Shown piece after piece: positions 26,597 through 37,164 of a stretch of DNA of 64,000 nt (position 1 is the first letter of the stretch; each line of letters begins with the position of its first letter). A model generated the notes under the pieces. It ran no database searches, had not been told where the DNA came from, and saw only the letters and a program-made list of their open reading frames with translations. The translations under genes were made by a program, and so were the position numbers. Location: the NCBI GenBank assembly GCA_965203055.1, contig OZ241863.1, forward strand, positions 4,032,001 to 4,096,000. The letters are read 5' to 3'. The stretch is from Spirochaetia bacterium. GTDB lineage: Bacteria > Spirochaetota > Spirochaetia > SZUA-6 > Bin103.

Positions 26597-29092
26597 CTAG
26601 TCGCGGCTCGGAAGGTGCAGAATCTCGCGCGGTTTGCTGCCGTTGGCCGGACCGACGATGCCGCGCTGCTCCATCTCTTCGACCAGACGCGCGGCCCGGT
26701 TGTACCCGATCTTGAGCTTGCGCTGCAGGTAGGAGGCGGATGCCTTGCCGGCCCCCGCTACCACTTCCAGCGCCTGATCCATCAGCGGATCGTTGCCGCC
26801 CGGTTCCAGCCGTAACTCCGACTCCTCGTCGTCGAACAGCATGTCCTCGTCGAGGTAGTCCGGTTCGCCCAGCTCGCGCACCTTCTCGGTGACCAGTTCC
26901 ACCTCGTCTTCGGTGAGCAGCGCTCCCTGGATGCGCAGCGGGTTCGCATCCCAGGCCGGCACGAACAGCATGTCGCCGCGGCCGAGCAGCTTCTCCGCGC
27001 CCACGGCGTCGATGATGATGCGGGAGTCGAACTTGCTGGCCACCATGAAGGCGATGCGGGAGGGTATGTTGGCCTTGATCAGACCGGTTATCACGTCGAT
27101 GGAGGGGCGCTGGGTGGCGAGCACGATGTGGATGCCCACGGCGCGCGCCATCGCCGCCAGCCGCGCCAGGGTAGCTTCCAACTCTTTGCCGGTGGTTGCC
27201 ATCAGGTCGGCGAACTCGTCGATGACGATGATCAGGTAGGGCAACGGCCCGGCCGTTACCCGCTCGGCGCGCGCCGCCAGCTTGCGGTTGTAGGAGTTGA
27301 TGTCGCGCACGCCGAGATTGTCCAGCAGGGCGTAGCGGCGCTCCATCTCGTAGAGGCAGTACTGCAGGGCCTGGAACGCGCGTTTGGGATCGGTGATGAC
27401 CGGCGTCAGCAGGTGCGGCACGTCGTTGTACAACTTGAGCTCGACGATCTTGGGGTCGATCAGCAGCAGGCGCACCTGCTCCGGGGTGCGCGAGTAGAGC
27501 ACCGAGCAGATCAGGGCATTGACCAGCACCGACTTGCCGGCGCCGGTTGCGCCGGCAATCAGCAGATGAGGCGTGGCGGTGAGATCGATCACCTGGGCCT
27601 CGCCGGTGATGTCCTTGCCGAGCACGATCGGCACGCCGGCCGGCAGCCCCTGGGGGTCGGGCGTGAACTGCGGCTGGCTTACCATCTCGCGGAACGAAAC
27701 CACCGCGCGCCGCCGGTTCGGCACTTCGATGCCCACCGCATGCTTGCCCGGTATCGGCGCCACGATCCGCACCCGGGAGGCCGCCAGCCGTAGCGCGATG
27801 TTGTCCGCCAGATTGACGATGCGGGAAATCTTCACCCCCGGCGCCGGCAGCAACTCGAACATGGTGATCACCGGACCACGCCGAATGCCGGTGACTTCGG
27901 CGTCGATCTTGAACTCCGCCAGGGTGGCCATCAGGGTGGCGGCCGCTTCGCGGGTGTCGCTGTCCACTTGCCACGCCGCTTCCGGTTCATAGGGATTGAG
28001 AACCTCCAGCGGTACCTGGTAGCCGCGGCGCGGCGGTTGCCTGGCGGCGGCGGATACGGGAGGCGGCGGAGCTGCGGGCTGCGGGGCCTCCGGGCCGGCC
28101 GCGGCGGCGGCCGGCGCCGGCTCGGCGCTGACCGGCGCTGTCTCGGCGCGGGCCGGCGCGTCGTCCGGCAAGCCGGCAGCAGTCGTGCCGGGGGGCAGCC
28201 TCAGCTCCGCCAGCGGGTCGGGGCCGGCGGCCGAGCTCTCCGGCGCGGGCAACTCGAAGGCGCTCTCCGGCACCGGGATGTCAGGCGCGGCGGCAGCGCC
28301 ATCCTCGACCGCGGCCAGCGGGTCGTCATCTTCGACCGCGGCCGCGAACGAGGGGCCGGCGCTGCCGTTCGCCGCTACCGCAGGCAGCGCGCCGTTGCTG
28401 CCGTCAATCGGCCGCGCGGGCGGCGCCGGCGGAAGAACCGGGGCGCCAGGCTGATCGAGGGCGCTTTCCGGCGCCGCCATGCCGAACGCGGCGGCGACCG
28501 GGGGAGCGCTGCCGTTCGCCGTTACTGCCGGCAGCGCGCCGTTGCTGCCGTCAATCGGCTGCGCGGGCGGCGCCGGCGGGACCAGCGCCCGGATCGGAGC
28601 CGCGGCGCGCGCGCCGCGGCGCCAGCGCTGCGCCAGCGCGAAGCCGGCGACGCCTTCGAGCACCAGGATCAGGATCAGGAGGGTGGCCGCCGGCACCCGG
28701 CCGAAGGCCGCCACCAGCATCACCGCGGCCAATGCCCGGTCGGTGCCGGCAATGACGTGGGCCAAGGTACTCAACACCGGCAATACCAGCCCCGCCGCCG
28801 CCAGGGCGGCCATCACTTCGCGGGTCACCCGGTTGCTGAACAGCGCGAACACGTAGGCGTAGCAGAGCGCGGGAATCAGGAGCGCGAACCAGAGAAAGGA
28901 GTCGAACAGGAACCACGCCGGCGCGTACAGCACGTTCAGCGGGAACGCGGCGCCGGCGGGGCGGCCGGCCGCCACGAACGGGATCAGCGAGGCGAGGGCC
29001 AACGTGCCGACCGCCGTCAGCGCGACGGCGCACCACTGCTGCGGACCGCTGCCCGGAAAGCCCCGGCGGTGCGGCTCCCATGGTATCCTCAT
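26597..29092 (-). CDS. ftsK: DNA translocase FtsK/SpoIIIE (start uncertain)
   Basis: N-terminal TMs, Pro/Ala linker, PHLLIAGATGAGKS, IDEFADLM, ATQRPS, gamma domain LQRKLKIGYNRAARL. Confidence 0.95.
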   Translation of the reverse strand: MRIPWEPHRRGFPGSGPQQWCAVALTAVGTLALASLIPFVAAGRPAGAAFPLNVLYAPAWFLFDSFLWFALLIPALCYAYVFALFSNRVTREVMAALAAAGLVLPVLSTLAHVIAGTDRALAAVMLVAAFGRVPAATLLILILVLEGVAGFALAQRWRRGARAAAPIRALVPPAPPAQPIDGSNGALPAVTANGSAPPVAAAFGMAAPESALDQPGAPVLPPAPPARPIDGSNGALPAVAANGSAGPSFAAAVEDDDPLAAVEDGAAAAPDIPVPESAFELPAPESSAAGPDPLAELRLPPGTTAAGLPDDAPARAETAPVSAEPAPAAAAAGPEAPQPAAPPPPVSAAARQPPRRGYQVPLEVLNPYEPEAAWQVDSDTREAAATLMATLAEFKIDAEVTGIRRGPVITMFELLPAPGVKISRIVNLADNIALRLAASRVRIVAPIPGKHAVGIEVPNRRRAVVSFREMVSQPQFTPDPQGLPAGVPIVLGKDITGEAQVIDLTATPHLLIAGATGAGKSVLVNALICSVLYSRTPEQVRLLLIDPKIVELKLYNDVPHLLTPVITDPKRAFQALQYCLYEMERRYALLDNLGVRDINSYNRKLAARAERVTAGPLPYLIIVIDEFADLMATTGKELEATLARLAAMARAVGIHIVLATQRPSIDVITGLIKANIPSRIAFMVASKFDSRIIIDAVGAEKLLGRGDMLFVPAWDANPLRIQGALLTEDEVELVTEKVRELGEPDYLDEDMLFDDEESELRLEPGGNDPLMDQALEVVAGAGKASASYLQRKLKIGYNRAARLVEEMEQRGIVGPANGSKPREILHLPSRD
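28359..28579. repeat. Two ~74-bp direct repeats (offset 147 bp) within the FtsK linker
   Basis: Both encode PPAPPA(Q/R)PIDGSNGALPAV(T/A)ANGSA; copies at 28359-28432 and 28506-28579. Confidence 0.85.
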
Positions 29093-29191
29093 CCGGCTGC
29101 GCGGCTCGGGCTGATAACCATATACCAGAGTATCGGCAGGGCAGCCCCAGGGGCGCAGCGCCGCCGGCCTGCCCCGGTGGAGGGCCGTATC

Positions 29192-30016
29192 TCAGACAGG
29201 CCGCAGGACGAACAGTCCGAGGAGGCCCGCGGGGATCAGGTACAGGGCGAACAAATGCAGCCGGCCGCGCCGTACGATGCGCAACAGGAGGGTGAGCGCC
29301 AGCCAGCCGACCGCGAACGAGGCGAGCAGTCCGCCGGCGATGGCCGGCGCGCCGACCGCGCCGCCAAGGGCGGACGCCTCCGGCAATGACACCGCCAGCG
29401 CGCCGAGGATTGCCGGCACCGCGGCCAGGAACGAAAACTCGGCTGCCCGCTCGCGGTCCGCGCCGGCCAGCACCCCCGCGGCGATCGTCGCGCCGGACCG
29501 CGAGATGCCCGGCACCACCGCCACCCCCTGCACGATTCCCACCAGCAGCGCCCAGTGCCAGCGCGGCTGCCAGGCCGGCCGCGGCAGCGCTGCGCCGCGC
29601 AGCAGCCGGGCGGCGATCAGGGCCGCCGCGGTGACCAGCAACATGAGGGCCGCGGCGCGCGGTTCCCGCGGCAGTCCCAGCCGTTGCAGCGCCATCCCCA
29701 CGCCGCCGGTCGCCAGACTGGCAAGCGCCAGCAACAGCAGGAGCCGCCGATCGGCGCCATGTTCGGCGCGGCGCCGCGGCGGCGGCCGCAACAGGTCCGC
29801 GGCGGCGCCGAACAGGCCCGCCAGCCGGCGCCGGAACACTACCCCCACCGCGGCCAGCGTCGACAGGTGCAGCAGGACGTCGAACAGCAGCGGCACGTCG
29901 CCCACGCCCAGTATCTCGCGCAGCAATACGAGGTGGCCGGAGCTGGAGACCGGCAGGAACTCGGTGGCCCCCTGCAGCGCGCCGAGCAGCGCCGATTGCC
30001 AGAGGTTCAGGGTCAC
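29192..30016 (-). CDS. uppP: Undecaprenyl-diphosphate phosphatase
   Basis: QGATEFLPVSSSGHL, PGISRSGATI, AAEFSFL. Confidence 0.95.
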   Translation of the reverse strand: MTLNLWQSALLGALQGATEFLPVSSSGHLVLLREILGVGDVPLLFDVLLHLSTLAAVGVVFRRRLAGLFGAAADLLRPPPRRRAEHGADRRLLLLLALASLATGGVGMALQRLGLPREPRAAALMLLVTAAALIAARLLRGAALPRPAWQPRWHWALLVGIVQGVAVVPGISRSGATIAAGVLAGADRERAAEFSFLAAVPAILGALAVSLPEASALGGAVGAPAIAGGLLASFAVGWLALTLLLRIVRRGRLHLFALYLIPAGLLGLFVLRPV

Positions 30017-30699
30017 CGCCGCGCTCCGCAGGCGCTGCCGGCCGCCGTCCGGAGCAGGATCAGGTGGCGCTGCGCCTTCAGAAAGGGCACCGCGAGGGGC
30101 ACCACCTGCGCCTGCAGCTCCGCGCCGGCGAGCTCGCGGCCGGCCGCCAGCTCCCGTTGGACGGTGGCCGCGGTGCCCTGGTACAGGGCTACCGTGGAGC
30201 CGCGGTGCAGCACCGGGCGCAGCTCCGGCAGCAACCGCGCCAGCGGCGCCACGGCCCGCCAGGTCACCACGTCGAACGGCGCCAGCCGGGCCTCCGCCAG
30301 CGGCTGGCCGACGATGGTCAGCTCCGGCAGCGCCAGCTCGCGCCGTACGTGGTGGAGAAACGCCGCCCGCCGCGCGCTGCGCTCCACCAGGGTGACCCGG
30401 GATTCGGGCAGCGCCAGGGCCAGCGGCACGCCGGGCAGGCCGGCGCCGCTGCCCACGTCCAGCAGCGTGGCGCGCGGGTCTACCTGCCGCAACGCCGGAA
30501 CCGCGGCCAGGCTGTCCAGCAGATGGTGGGTTACCAGCCGCCGGCGGTCCGCGCGGACCAGTCGGTAGACCGGGTTGGCGGCGTCGATCAGATCGACGAA
30601 CCGGGCCAGTGCCGCTTCCAACGCGCCGTCCCGATCCAGCCCCAGGCAGCGCAACCCGCGGCGCAGCAGCTCGTACGCCGCGGTCGGTGCGCTATCCAA
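30013..30699 (-). CDS. rsmG: 16S rRNA (guanine-N7) methyltransferase
   Basis: HLLDSL, DVGSGAGLPGVPLA, FDVVTWRAV. Confidence 0.88.
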   Translation of the reverse strand: MDSAPTAAYELLRRGLRCLGLDRDGALEAALARFVDLIDAANPVYRLVRADRRRLVTHHLLDSLAAVPALRQVDPRATLLDVGSGAGLPGVPLALALPESRVTLVERSARRAAFLHHVRRELALPELTIVGQPLAEARLAPFDVVTWRAVAPLARLLPELRPVLHRGSTVALYQGTAATVQRELAAGRELAGAELQAQVVPLAVPFLKAQRHLILLRTAAGSACGARR

Positions 30700-30730
30700 A
30701 GCGCCGGACCATTCCTATCATGGCGCTGCG

Positions 30731-31186
30731 ATGGATGACACCGACCTCAGCGGCCTCGACCCGGCGGCGGCGCGGGAATACGTTCACGGGTTCCTGACCA
30801 CCTATCGGCTCACTGTCAAGCGGCGCCAACAACTCGACGGCGAGCGCCGCACCTGGGAGGCGCGGGTGGCGCGCGCGGCGGCGGCCGGCGACGACCGGCT
30901 GCGGGACGCGGCGCGCGCCGAGCTGAGCCGGGTGCAGAGCGACTTCGGCCGGGTGGCCGCCGAGGAGGCGGAGCTCAGCGCGCAGGTCGACGTGCTGCAG
31001 CGCCATCTGCGCCAGCTCCGCGCCAGCGCCGCCCCGACCGTCGATACCGACCAGCTCCTGGCGCAACTCCGGGAGCTGGTCGGGGAGGATGCCGGCCTGC
31101 GGGCCGAGCTCGACCGCCTGTCCGCCGAACGACGCGCCGCCGCGGAACTGGAGGACCTCAAGCGCCGCATGGGCCGGGAGCAATAG
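30731..31186 (+). CDS. Coiled-coil hypothetical protein (PspA-like)
   Basis: Helical heptads, W..RV..A, ELEDLKRRM C-terminus. Confidence 0.65.
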   Translation: MDDTDLSGLDPAAAREYVHGFLTTYRLTVKRRQQLDGERRTWEARVARAAAAGDDRLRDAARAELSRVQSDFGRVAAEEAELSAQVDVLQRHLRQLRASAAPTVDTDQLLAQLRELVGEDAGLRAELDRLSAERRAAAELEDLKRRMGREQ

Positions 31187-31188
31187 GG

Positions 31189-32247
31189 TCACAGCGGTTC
31201 CCGCGCGGGCGCGGCGGCGATCCAACGGCCCGGCCGGGCGCCGGCGTCCGCGCCGCCGCGCAGCACCAGAGTGACGGCGCCGCGCGCTGCGGCCGGGCCG
31301 GCGGGAGCGCCCTCACGGCCGGCGCCGTCCAGCTCGGCTTCGGGGTCGAGCACCATCAGGTCGGCATCGCAGCCCGGATAGAGGCGGCCCTTGCCGGGCA
31401 GTCCGAGCAGCCGCGCCGGCTGCCCGCAGAGCAAGCCCGCCAGCTCCTCCAGAGTCACCCGGCCGGCGGCGACTCCGGCCCACCACAGGCGCGCGGTGAG
31501 CTGCGTTCCGGCACCGGGTCCGACACTCACCGCGGCGACGACGCCGGCGCGCACCTCCCGCCACCAGGCGGCGGCCGCCTCCCCCGCGCCCAGCAGCAGC
31601 TCGCCCGGGACCGCCACCGCAACGCCGCCGCCCGGCCCCCCGCTGCGGCGCGCGGCGGCCACCGCCCGCCGCATGCCGCTCGCGCCGGCCGGAGCCAGCA
31701 ACACCCGACAGCCGTCCCGCGGCCGCGGCCGGCCACCGACTCCCGTCTCCATGGTGCGCGCCCGGTCGCTGAACAGGATCAAGGTTGCCCCGCAGTGACC
31801 GAGCACCCGCACCAGCACCTCGGCCTGATGGCCGGGCCGCGCGCCGGCGAAGGCGCTGTCGTCGGCCGCGAACGCCGCGCACCCGTTACCGAATACGGCC
31901 TCGGGCAGCGCATCGAGCTCCCGCTCCAGGGCAGTCAACAGCGGCACCGGCACCGCGTCTACGCCGGGCGGCGCGGCTCCGCGCGCCGCCGCGCCGTCCA
32001 CGCCGGCGGGCAGCACTGCGCCGATAGTGGTAGCCGGCGGCGCGTGACCCGCAGCCCCCGGGCGGCGCAGCATTATCGGCCCGGGGAACACGATCTTGCC
32101 GGTGAGATCGCGCCCTCCCGCGGCCGCCGCGGCCACAGGGCGCGGCCGCCGCAGGGCGCGCACCGCGCCGCCGTCAATCTCCAGGTCGGCGACGAAGCGT
32201 CCATCCGCGTGCACGACAAGGCCCTGGTGCAGGGTAGTCCGGCTCAC
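31189..32247 (-). CDS. Degenerate amidohydrolase-fold protein (dihydropyrimidinase/allantoinase-like scaffold)
   Basis: ADLEIDGG..DLTGKIVFPG at N-terminus, PARLLGLPGKGRLYPGCDADL at C-terminus; no DxHxH. Confidence 0.6.
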   Translation of the reverse strand: MSRTTLHQGLVVHADGRFVADLEIDGGAVRALRRPRPVAAAAAGGRDLTGKIVFPGPIMLRRPGAAGHAPPATTIGAVLPAGVDGAAARGAAPPGVDAVPVPLLTALERELDALPEAVFGNGCAAFAADDSAFAGARPGHQAEVLVRVLGHCGATLILFSDRARTMETGVGGRPRPRDGCRVLLAPAGASGMRRAVAAARRSGGPGGGVAVAVPGELLLGAGEAAAAWWREVRAGVVAAVSVGPGAGTQLTARLWWAGVAAGRVTLEELAGLLCGQPARLLGLPGKGRLYPGCDADLMVLDPEAELDGAGREGAPAGPAAARGAVTLVLRGGADAGARPGRWIAAAPAREPL

Positions 32248-32336
32248 TGCACCGGCGATTATATGCCGGTGCGGCAACGCCTGCCCGCCTGCCCCGCCGG
32301 CCTGCCCGCGCCGCGTGTGCTACCATCGGCTCCTGC

Positions 32337-33251
32337 ATGGCCTCCTCATCGCCGCCCGCCGCCGACGCCGGCCTGGTCGATCTCATCCGCCGTCTGGCGC
32401 AGCCGTTGACCCCGCAACCGGTGCCGCCCGCGGCGGGCGGCGCAGCGCGCCTGGGTCCCCTCGCCGGCATCCGCGGCGTCCTGTTCGACATCTACGGTAC
32501 GCTGCTCATCTCCGCGGCGGGCGAGATCGGCGGCGGCACGGCCGCTGCCGACCACGCCGCGATGCGCGCCGCGCTGGGCGACGCCGGCTTGACCGGCGCC
32601 GCCGCGGCGCCGCAACCGGAGGCGCTGGTGCGCGACCTGCAAACCGCCATTGGCGCCGCGCACCGGGCCGCCAACGCCCGCGGCGTGCGCTGGCCCGAGG
32701 TGGACCTGCGGGCCATCTGGCGCCGCCTGCTGCCGGCCGCCGGCGCCGCGGACCGCGCCGCGGTCAGCTACGAGTGCCGCAGCAACCCGGTGTGGCCGAT
32801 GCCCGGCGCCGCCGCGGTAGTAGCCGCGCTGCAGGCGCGCGGACCGGTCGGCATCGTCTCCAATGCCCAGTTCTTCACGCCGCCGGTGCTGGCCGCGCTG
32901 CTGCCGCAGGTCACCTTCGACCCGCGGCTGGCGGTGTGGTCATTCGTGGAGGGCGAAGCGAAGCCCTCCAAGCGCCTGTTCGACCTCGCGGCCGAGCGTA
33001 TGGCGCGGCATTACCGATTGCGCCCCGATCAGCTCCTGATGGTCGGCAACGACATGCGCAACGACATCCTGGGCGCTCGCCGGGCGGGGGTGCGCGGCGC
33101 CCTGTTCGCCGGCGACGCGCGCTCGCTGCGGCGGCGGCAGGACGATCCGGCCTGCGCCGCGCTGCGCCCGGAGCTGATCCTCACCGAGCTGACCCAACTG
33201 CCGGCGGCGCTGGGTGCCGGCGGCGACCCGCCCCGCCGCGGCGCGAAGTAG
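32337..33251 (+). CDS. HAD superfamily hydrolase
   Basis: FDIYGTL, GIVSNAQFFT, KPS, MVGNDMRNDI. Confidence 0.85.
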   Translation: MASSSPPAADAGLVDLIRRLAQPLTPQPVPPAAGGAARLGPLAGIRGVLFDIYGTLLISAAGEIGGGTAAADHAAMRAALGDAGLTGAAAAPQPEALVRDLQTAIGAAHRAANARGVRWPEVDLRAIWRRLLPAAGAADRAAVSYECRSNPVWPMPGAAAVVAALQARGPVGIVSNAQFFTPPVLAALLPQVTFDPRLAVWSFVEGEAKPSKRLFDLAAERMARHYRLRPDQLLMVGNDMRNDILGARRAGVRGALFAGDARSLRRRQDDPACAALRPELILTELTQLPAALGAGGDPPRRGAK

Positions 33252-33259
33252 GGCGCGGC

Positions 33260-34402
33260 GTGCGGGCGACCCGCGCCACCATCGATCTGGCGCAACTGTG
33301 CGCCAACCTGCGCGCCGTGCAGCGCTGCCTGACCGCGCCGGCGGCAGGCGCCGCGCGCGTCCCTGGCGCCCGGCGCCCCGTGCGCGTCTGTCTGGCGGTC
33401 AAGGCCGCGGCCTACGGTCACGGCGCGGTCCCGGTGGCGCGCGCCGCCCTCACGGCCGGCGTGAGCGCCTTCGGCGTGGCCACCGTGGCGGAGGGGGTGG
33501 AGCTGCGCGCCGCCGGCATCACCGCTCCGATCCTGCTGTTCAGCCTGCCGCTGCCGGAGGAAGCGGGCGCCATCGCCCGCGCGGGGCTGACCGCCCTGTG
33601 CGCGGACGCTGCCCTGGGGCGCGACCTGGCGCGCGCCGCGGCCGCGGCGCGGCGCACCGTGACGGTGCATCTGAAGATCGACACCGGCATGGGGCGCATC
33701 GGGTGTACCCCGGAGGCGGCGCCGGAACTGGCGCAGGAGTTGCGCCGCCTCCCCGCGCTGCGCCTGGCCGGCGTCTGCACCCACTTCGCGCACGCCGATC
33801 AGGCCGACCAGGAACGTACCCGGGCGCAACTCGGCGCCTTCGAGCGCGCCGTCGCGGCGATCCCGGACCACCATCTGCTGGTGCGCCACGCCGCCAACTC
33901 GGGGGCCGTCGGCGGCCTCCCGGCGGCGCGCCTCGACCTGGTGCGGCCCGGGATCATCGCCTACGGCTACCGCCCCGGCGAGCACTGGCCGCGCACCGCT
34001 GCCGTGCGCCCGGTAATGGAGCTTGCCACCCGCGTCGTGTACCTCAAACGCGTGCCCGCCGGCACCGGCCTGTCATACGGTTGGACCTACCGCACGCCCG
34101 CCGCCACGGTGATCGGCACCCTGCCGGTGGGCTACGCCGACGGCTATCCGCGGGCCCTCTCCGGCCGCGCCGAGGTGTTGATCCGCGGGCGCCGCTACCC
34201 GGTCGTGGGGCGGATCTGCATGGACCAGTGCCTGGTCGATCTGGGACCGCGCCCGGCGGTCGCGCGCTACGACGAGGCGGTGCTGTTCGGCCCTGACCGC
34301 GCCGGCCCCGACGCCGGCGAGCTGGCGGCGCTGGCGGACACGATACCCTACGAGATCACCAGCCGAGTGGCGGCCCGCGTCCCGCGCGTCTACCGCTTCT
34401 AA
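33260..34402 (+). CDS. alr: Alanine racemase
   Basis: AVKAAAYGHG, HLKIDTGMGRIG, VRPGI, GYADG, GRICMDQ, TIPYE; GTG at 33260. Confidence 0.95.
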   Translation: MRATRATIDLAQLCANLRAVQRCLTAPAAGAARVPGARRPVRVCLAVKAAAYGHGAVPVARAALTAGVSAFGVATVAEGVELRAAGITAPILLFSLPLPEEAGAIARAGLTALCADAALGRDLARAAAAARRTVTVHLKIDTGMGRIGCTPEAAPELAQELRRLPALRLAGVCTHFAHADQADQERTRAQLGAFERAVAAIPDHHLLVRHAANSGAVGGLPAARLDLVRPGIIAYGYRPGEHWPRTAAVRPVMELATRVVYLKRVPAGTGLSYGWTYRTPAATVIGTLPVGYADGYPRALSGRAEVLIRGRRYPVVGRICMDQCLVDLGPRPAVARYDEAVLFGPDRAGPDAGELAALADTIPYEITSRVAARVPRVYRF

Positions 34403-34416
34403 AGCCGGGGGGTGAA

Positions 34417-35433
34417 TCAGTTCCTGGTCTTGTCGACCAGCCGCTCCTTGGCGATCCAAGGCATCATGGCGCGCAGCCTGGCGCCGACATCCTCGAGCTG
34501 ATGGCCGGCGTGCTTGGCCCGCATCTTGAGGAATCCGCCGCGCCCGCCGCGATTTTCGTCCATCCAGCGGCGCGCGAAGCTGCCCTCCTGGATCTCGGCC
34601 AGGATCTTCTTCATCTCGCGCTTGATCCGTTCGTCGATGAGGCGGGCGCCGGACACGTAGTCGCCGAACTCGGCGGTGTCCGAAACGGAGTAGCGCATCA
34701 GCGACATGCCGCCCTCGTAGATCAGGTCGACGATCAGCTTCACCTCGTGGATGGTCTCGAAGTAGGCCATCTCCGGCGCATAGCCGGCCTCCACCAGCGT
34801 CTCGTAACCGGCCTGCATCAGGTGGGTCAGGCCGCCGCACAGCACCGCCTGCTCACCGAACAGATCGGTCTCGGTCTCCTCGCGGAAGTTGGTCTCGATG
34901 ACCCCGGCGCGCGCTCCGCCGATGGCCGCGGCGTAGGCGAGGGCGAGGTTCTTGCCCTGGCCGGACGCGTCGTTGGCGACCGCCACCAGACATGGCACGC
35001 CGTATCCCAGTTCGTACTGGCGGCGCACGGTGTGGCCGGGACCCTTGGGAGCGACCATGGTGACGTCGACGCCGGCCTCCGGCTCGATCAATCCGAAGTG
35101 GATGTTGAAGCCGTGGGCGAACATCAGGCTGTTGCCGGGCGCCAGCCCCGGCTTGAGGTCGCGCTGGTAGATCTCGGCCTGGAGATGGTCCGGCACCAGC
35201 ACCATGACCGCGTCGGCCCAGGCCGCCGCGGCGGCGGTCTCCAGCACCGGAATCCCGGTTTCCCGCACCTTGGCGGCGCTGGCGCTGTCGGGGCGCAGCC
35301 CGACGGCAACCTCCACGCCCGAGTCACGCAGATTGTTGGCGTGCGCGAACCCCTGGCTGCCGTAACCAATCACCGCAACCTTCTTGCCGGCGATCCATTG
35401 GCGGTCGATGTCATCTTCGTAGTGGACTTTCAT
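34417..35433 (-). CDS. ilvC: Ketol-acid reductoisomerase
   Basis: [44 protein letters not shown]. Confidence 0.97.
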   Translation of the reverse strand: MKVHYEDDIDRQWIAGKKVAVIGYGSQGFAHANNLRDSGVEVAVGLRPDSASAAKVRETGIPVLETAAAAAWADAVMVLVPDHLQAEIYQRDLKPGLAPGNSLMFAHGFNIHFGLIEPEAGVDVTMVAPKGPGHTVRRQYELGYGVPCLVAVANDASGQGKNLALAYAAAIGGARAGVIETNFREETETDLFGEQAVLCGGLTHLMQAGYETLVEAGYAPEMAYFETIHEVKLIVDLIYEGGMSLMRYSVSDTAEFGDYVSGARLIDERIKREMKKILAEIQEGSFARRWMDENRGGRGGFLKMRAKHAGHQLEDVGARLRAMMPWIAKERLVDKTRN

Positions 35434-35504
35434 GCTGCCTCCCGCGGTCAAGGCCCAAGCATACCGGTAACCTCCGCAGCGTGCTATACTCCGGCCCGCG
35501 AGCT

Positions 35505-36023
35505 ATGTTGAAAGCCACTGAAATACCGTCTGAGGACATCGGCGCCGCCCTGGAGCGCATGGTGCGCACGGTACGCGAGGATGAGGACCCCGTCGAACTG
35601 AAGGAGTATCGCGCACTGTTCAAGAAACACGTGCCGTTCAACCTGCGCGGCTACCTGGTCGCGCACATGATCAAGACCCTCGTCGGCGCCGCGAACGTCG
35701 AGCCTCCGCCGCGGCAAGCTCAGGAACGCCGCGCCGAACCCGCGCGCCGGCGCCGGCGGGAAGTCGAACCGGCGGCCGGCGGATTGCGCCGCCTGTTCGT
35801 GAGCGTGGGCCGAAACCGCCGCGTACGGCCTGATGACCTGACCTCCCTGATCAGTTCTTCGGTGCCGGTCGAGCGTTCGCAGTTCGGCGCCATCAAGATC
35901 CTCGACAGCTACTCGTTCATCGAGGTACCGGAGGCGGTGGCCGAGGAGGCGATCGCCGCACTCTCGGGAACCAGCTTCAAGGGCCGCCGGATCACCGTGG
36001 ACTTCGCCCGCAGCAGGAGCTGA
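35505..36023 (+). CDS. Stand-alone DbpA RNA-binding-domain protein
   Basis: LFVSVGRNRRV..IKILDSYSFIEV..FKGRRITVDFA; no helicase core. Confidence 0.8.
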   Translation: MLKATEIPSEDIGAALERMVRTVREDEDPVELKEYRALFKKHVPFNLRGYLVAHMIKTLVGAANVEPPPRQAQERRAEPARRRRREVEPAAGGLRRLFVSVGRNRRVRPDDLTSLISSSVPVERSQFGAIKILDSYSFIEVPEAVAEEAIAALSGTSFKGRRITVDFARSRS

Positions 36024-36070
36024 CTCACCGGTCAGCACCCTTGGCTGGCGCGCCGGAGGCGATTCTAAAG

Positions 36071-36712
36071 ATGACCTGCCGCGACTCCGGTACCGGGCGC
36101 AGCGCCGCGGCCTGGAGGCCGGGCCGCGCCGCCGCCGCGCAGGTGTGGTCCGGCGCCGATCTGCCGCGCCTGCTGCCCCTGCTGGCGCTGGCGCCGCGGG
36201 TGGAGTTGGAAGTGGGCAGCGGCGGCGGCACCTTCCTGGCCGCCTACGGCGCCGCGCACCGCGACACCCTGGTCATCGGCACCGAGATCAAGCTGGAGCG
36301 CTGCCGCAAGGCGGCGCGCAAACTCGACCGGGCGGGCGCCGACAACGGCGTCATCGTCCGGGCGCGCGCCGAGGAAGTGCTCGCCCGGCTGGCGCCGGGG
36401 TCGCTCGCCGCGGTGCACGTCTACTTCCCCGACCCCTGGCCGAAGCGGCGCCATCGGCGGCGGCGGTTGCTGCGCAAAGGCGTGGTTGACGATCTGGCGC
36501 GGCTGTTGCGGCCGGGCGGCTGTCTCTACCTGGTGACCGACTTCTTCGACTACTATCTGCAGGCCGTGGTACTGATCCTGTTGCAACCCGAGCTGGAGCT
36601 GGACCGCGATCCGGCGCGGATACCGGCCCATGCGGAGCTGTCGCGCTACGGTCCCCGCCTTGCCGCCCTCGGCAAGAGCATCCACTACGCCGCGGCCCGC
36701 CGCCGCGAGTAG
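36071..36712 (+). CDS. trmB: tRNA (guanine-N7) methyltransferase (start uncertain)
   Basis: LEVGSGGG, YFPDPWPKRRHRRRRL, LVTD..Y. Confidence 0.88.
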   Translation: MTCRDSGTGRSAAAWRPGRAAAAQVWSGADLPRLLPLLALAPRVELEVGSGGGTFLAAYGAAHRDTLVIGTEIKLERCRKAARKLDRAGADNGVIVRARAEEVLARLAPGSLAAVHVYFPDPWPKRRHRRRRLLRKGVVDDLARLLRPGGCLYLVTDFFDYYLQAVVLILLQPELELDRDPARIPAHAELSRYGPRLAALGKSIHYAAARRRE

Positions 36713-36737
36713 CCTGCCGCCGCGCGACTGCCGCGAT

Positions 36738-37094
36738 CTAACGGTTGCGGCGCTCCTCCGACGACTGGCAGCCAATGCACAACAGCGCATAGGGAATCGC
36801 CTCGAGCCGTTCGTTGGGAATGCGCGCGCCGCACTTCATGCACACCCCATAGTGACCGTTGGGGATCCGTGCCAGCGCCGACTCGATCAGGTTCAGCCGC
36901 CGCATCTCCTGAGCGCCCAGCGCTTCGAGGGTCTTGCGGTCGACATCCTCGGCAGCCACGTCCACCAGATCCTTGGGATCCATATCTTCCCACAGCTCGC
37001 GGAACTCCGCGTCTTCCTGCGCGAGGTGGGCGAGGATCTCCCGTTTCAGGGTGACCAATCGCTGCTGCATCAACTCGGTCAACTGCTTATTCAC
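36738..37094 (-). CDS. TraR/DksA family C4 zinc-finger regulator
   Basis: DLVDVA (DxxDxA), YGVCMKCG..RLEAIPYALLCIGCQ; GTG at 37094. Confidence 0.9.
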   Translation of the reverse strand: MNKQLTELMQQRLVTLKREILAHLAQEDAEFRELWEDMDPKDLVDVAAEDVDRKTLEALGAQEMRRLNLIESALARIPNGHYGVCMKCGARIPNERLEAIPYALLCIGCQSSEERRNR

Positions 37095-37164
37095 GCTGCA
37101 TCGACTCCAGACGACCAATCCGCCCCGCGCGCGCCTTGAAATCAGCGCGCCCGCGGGATGCGCC

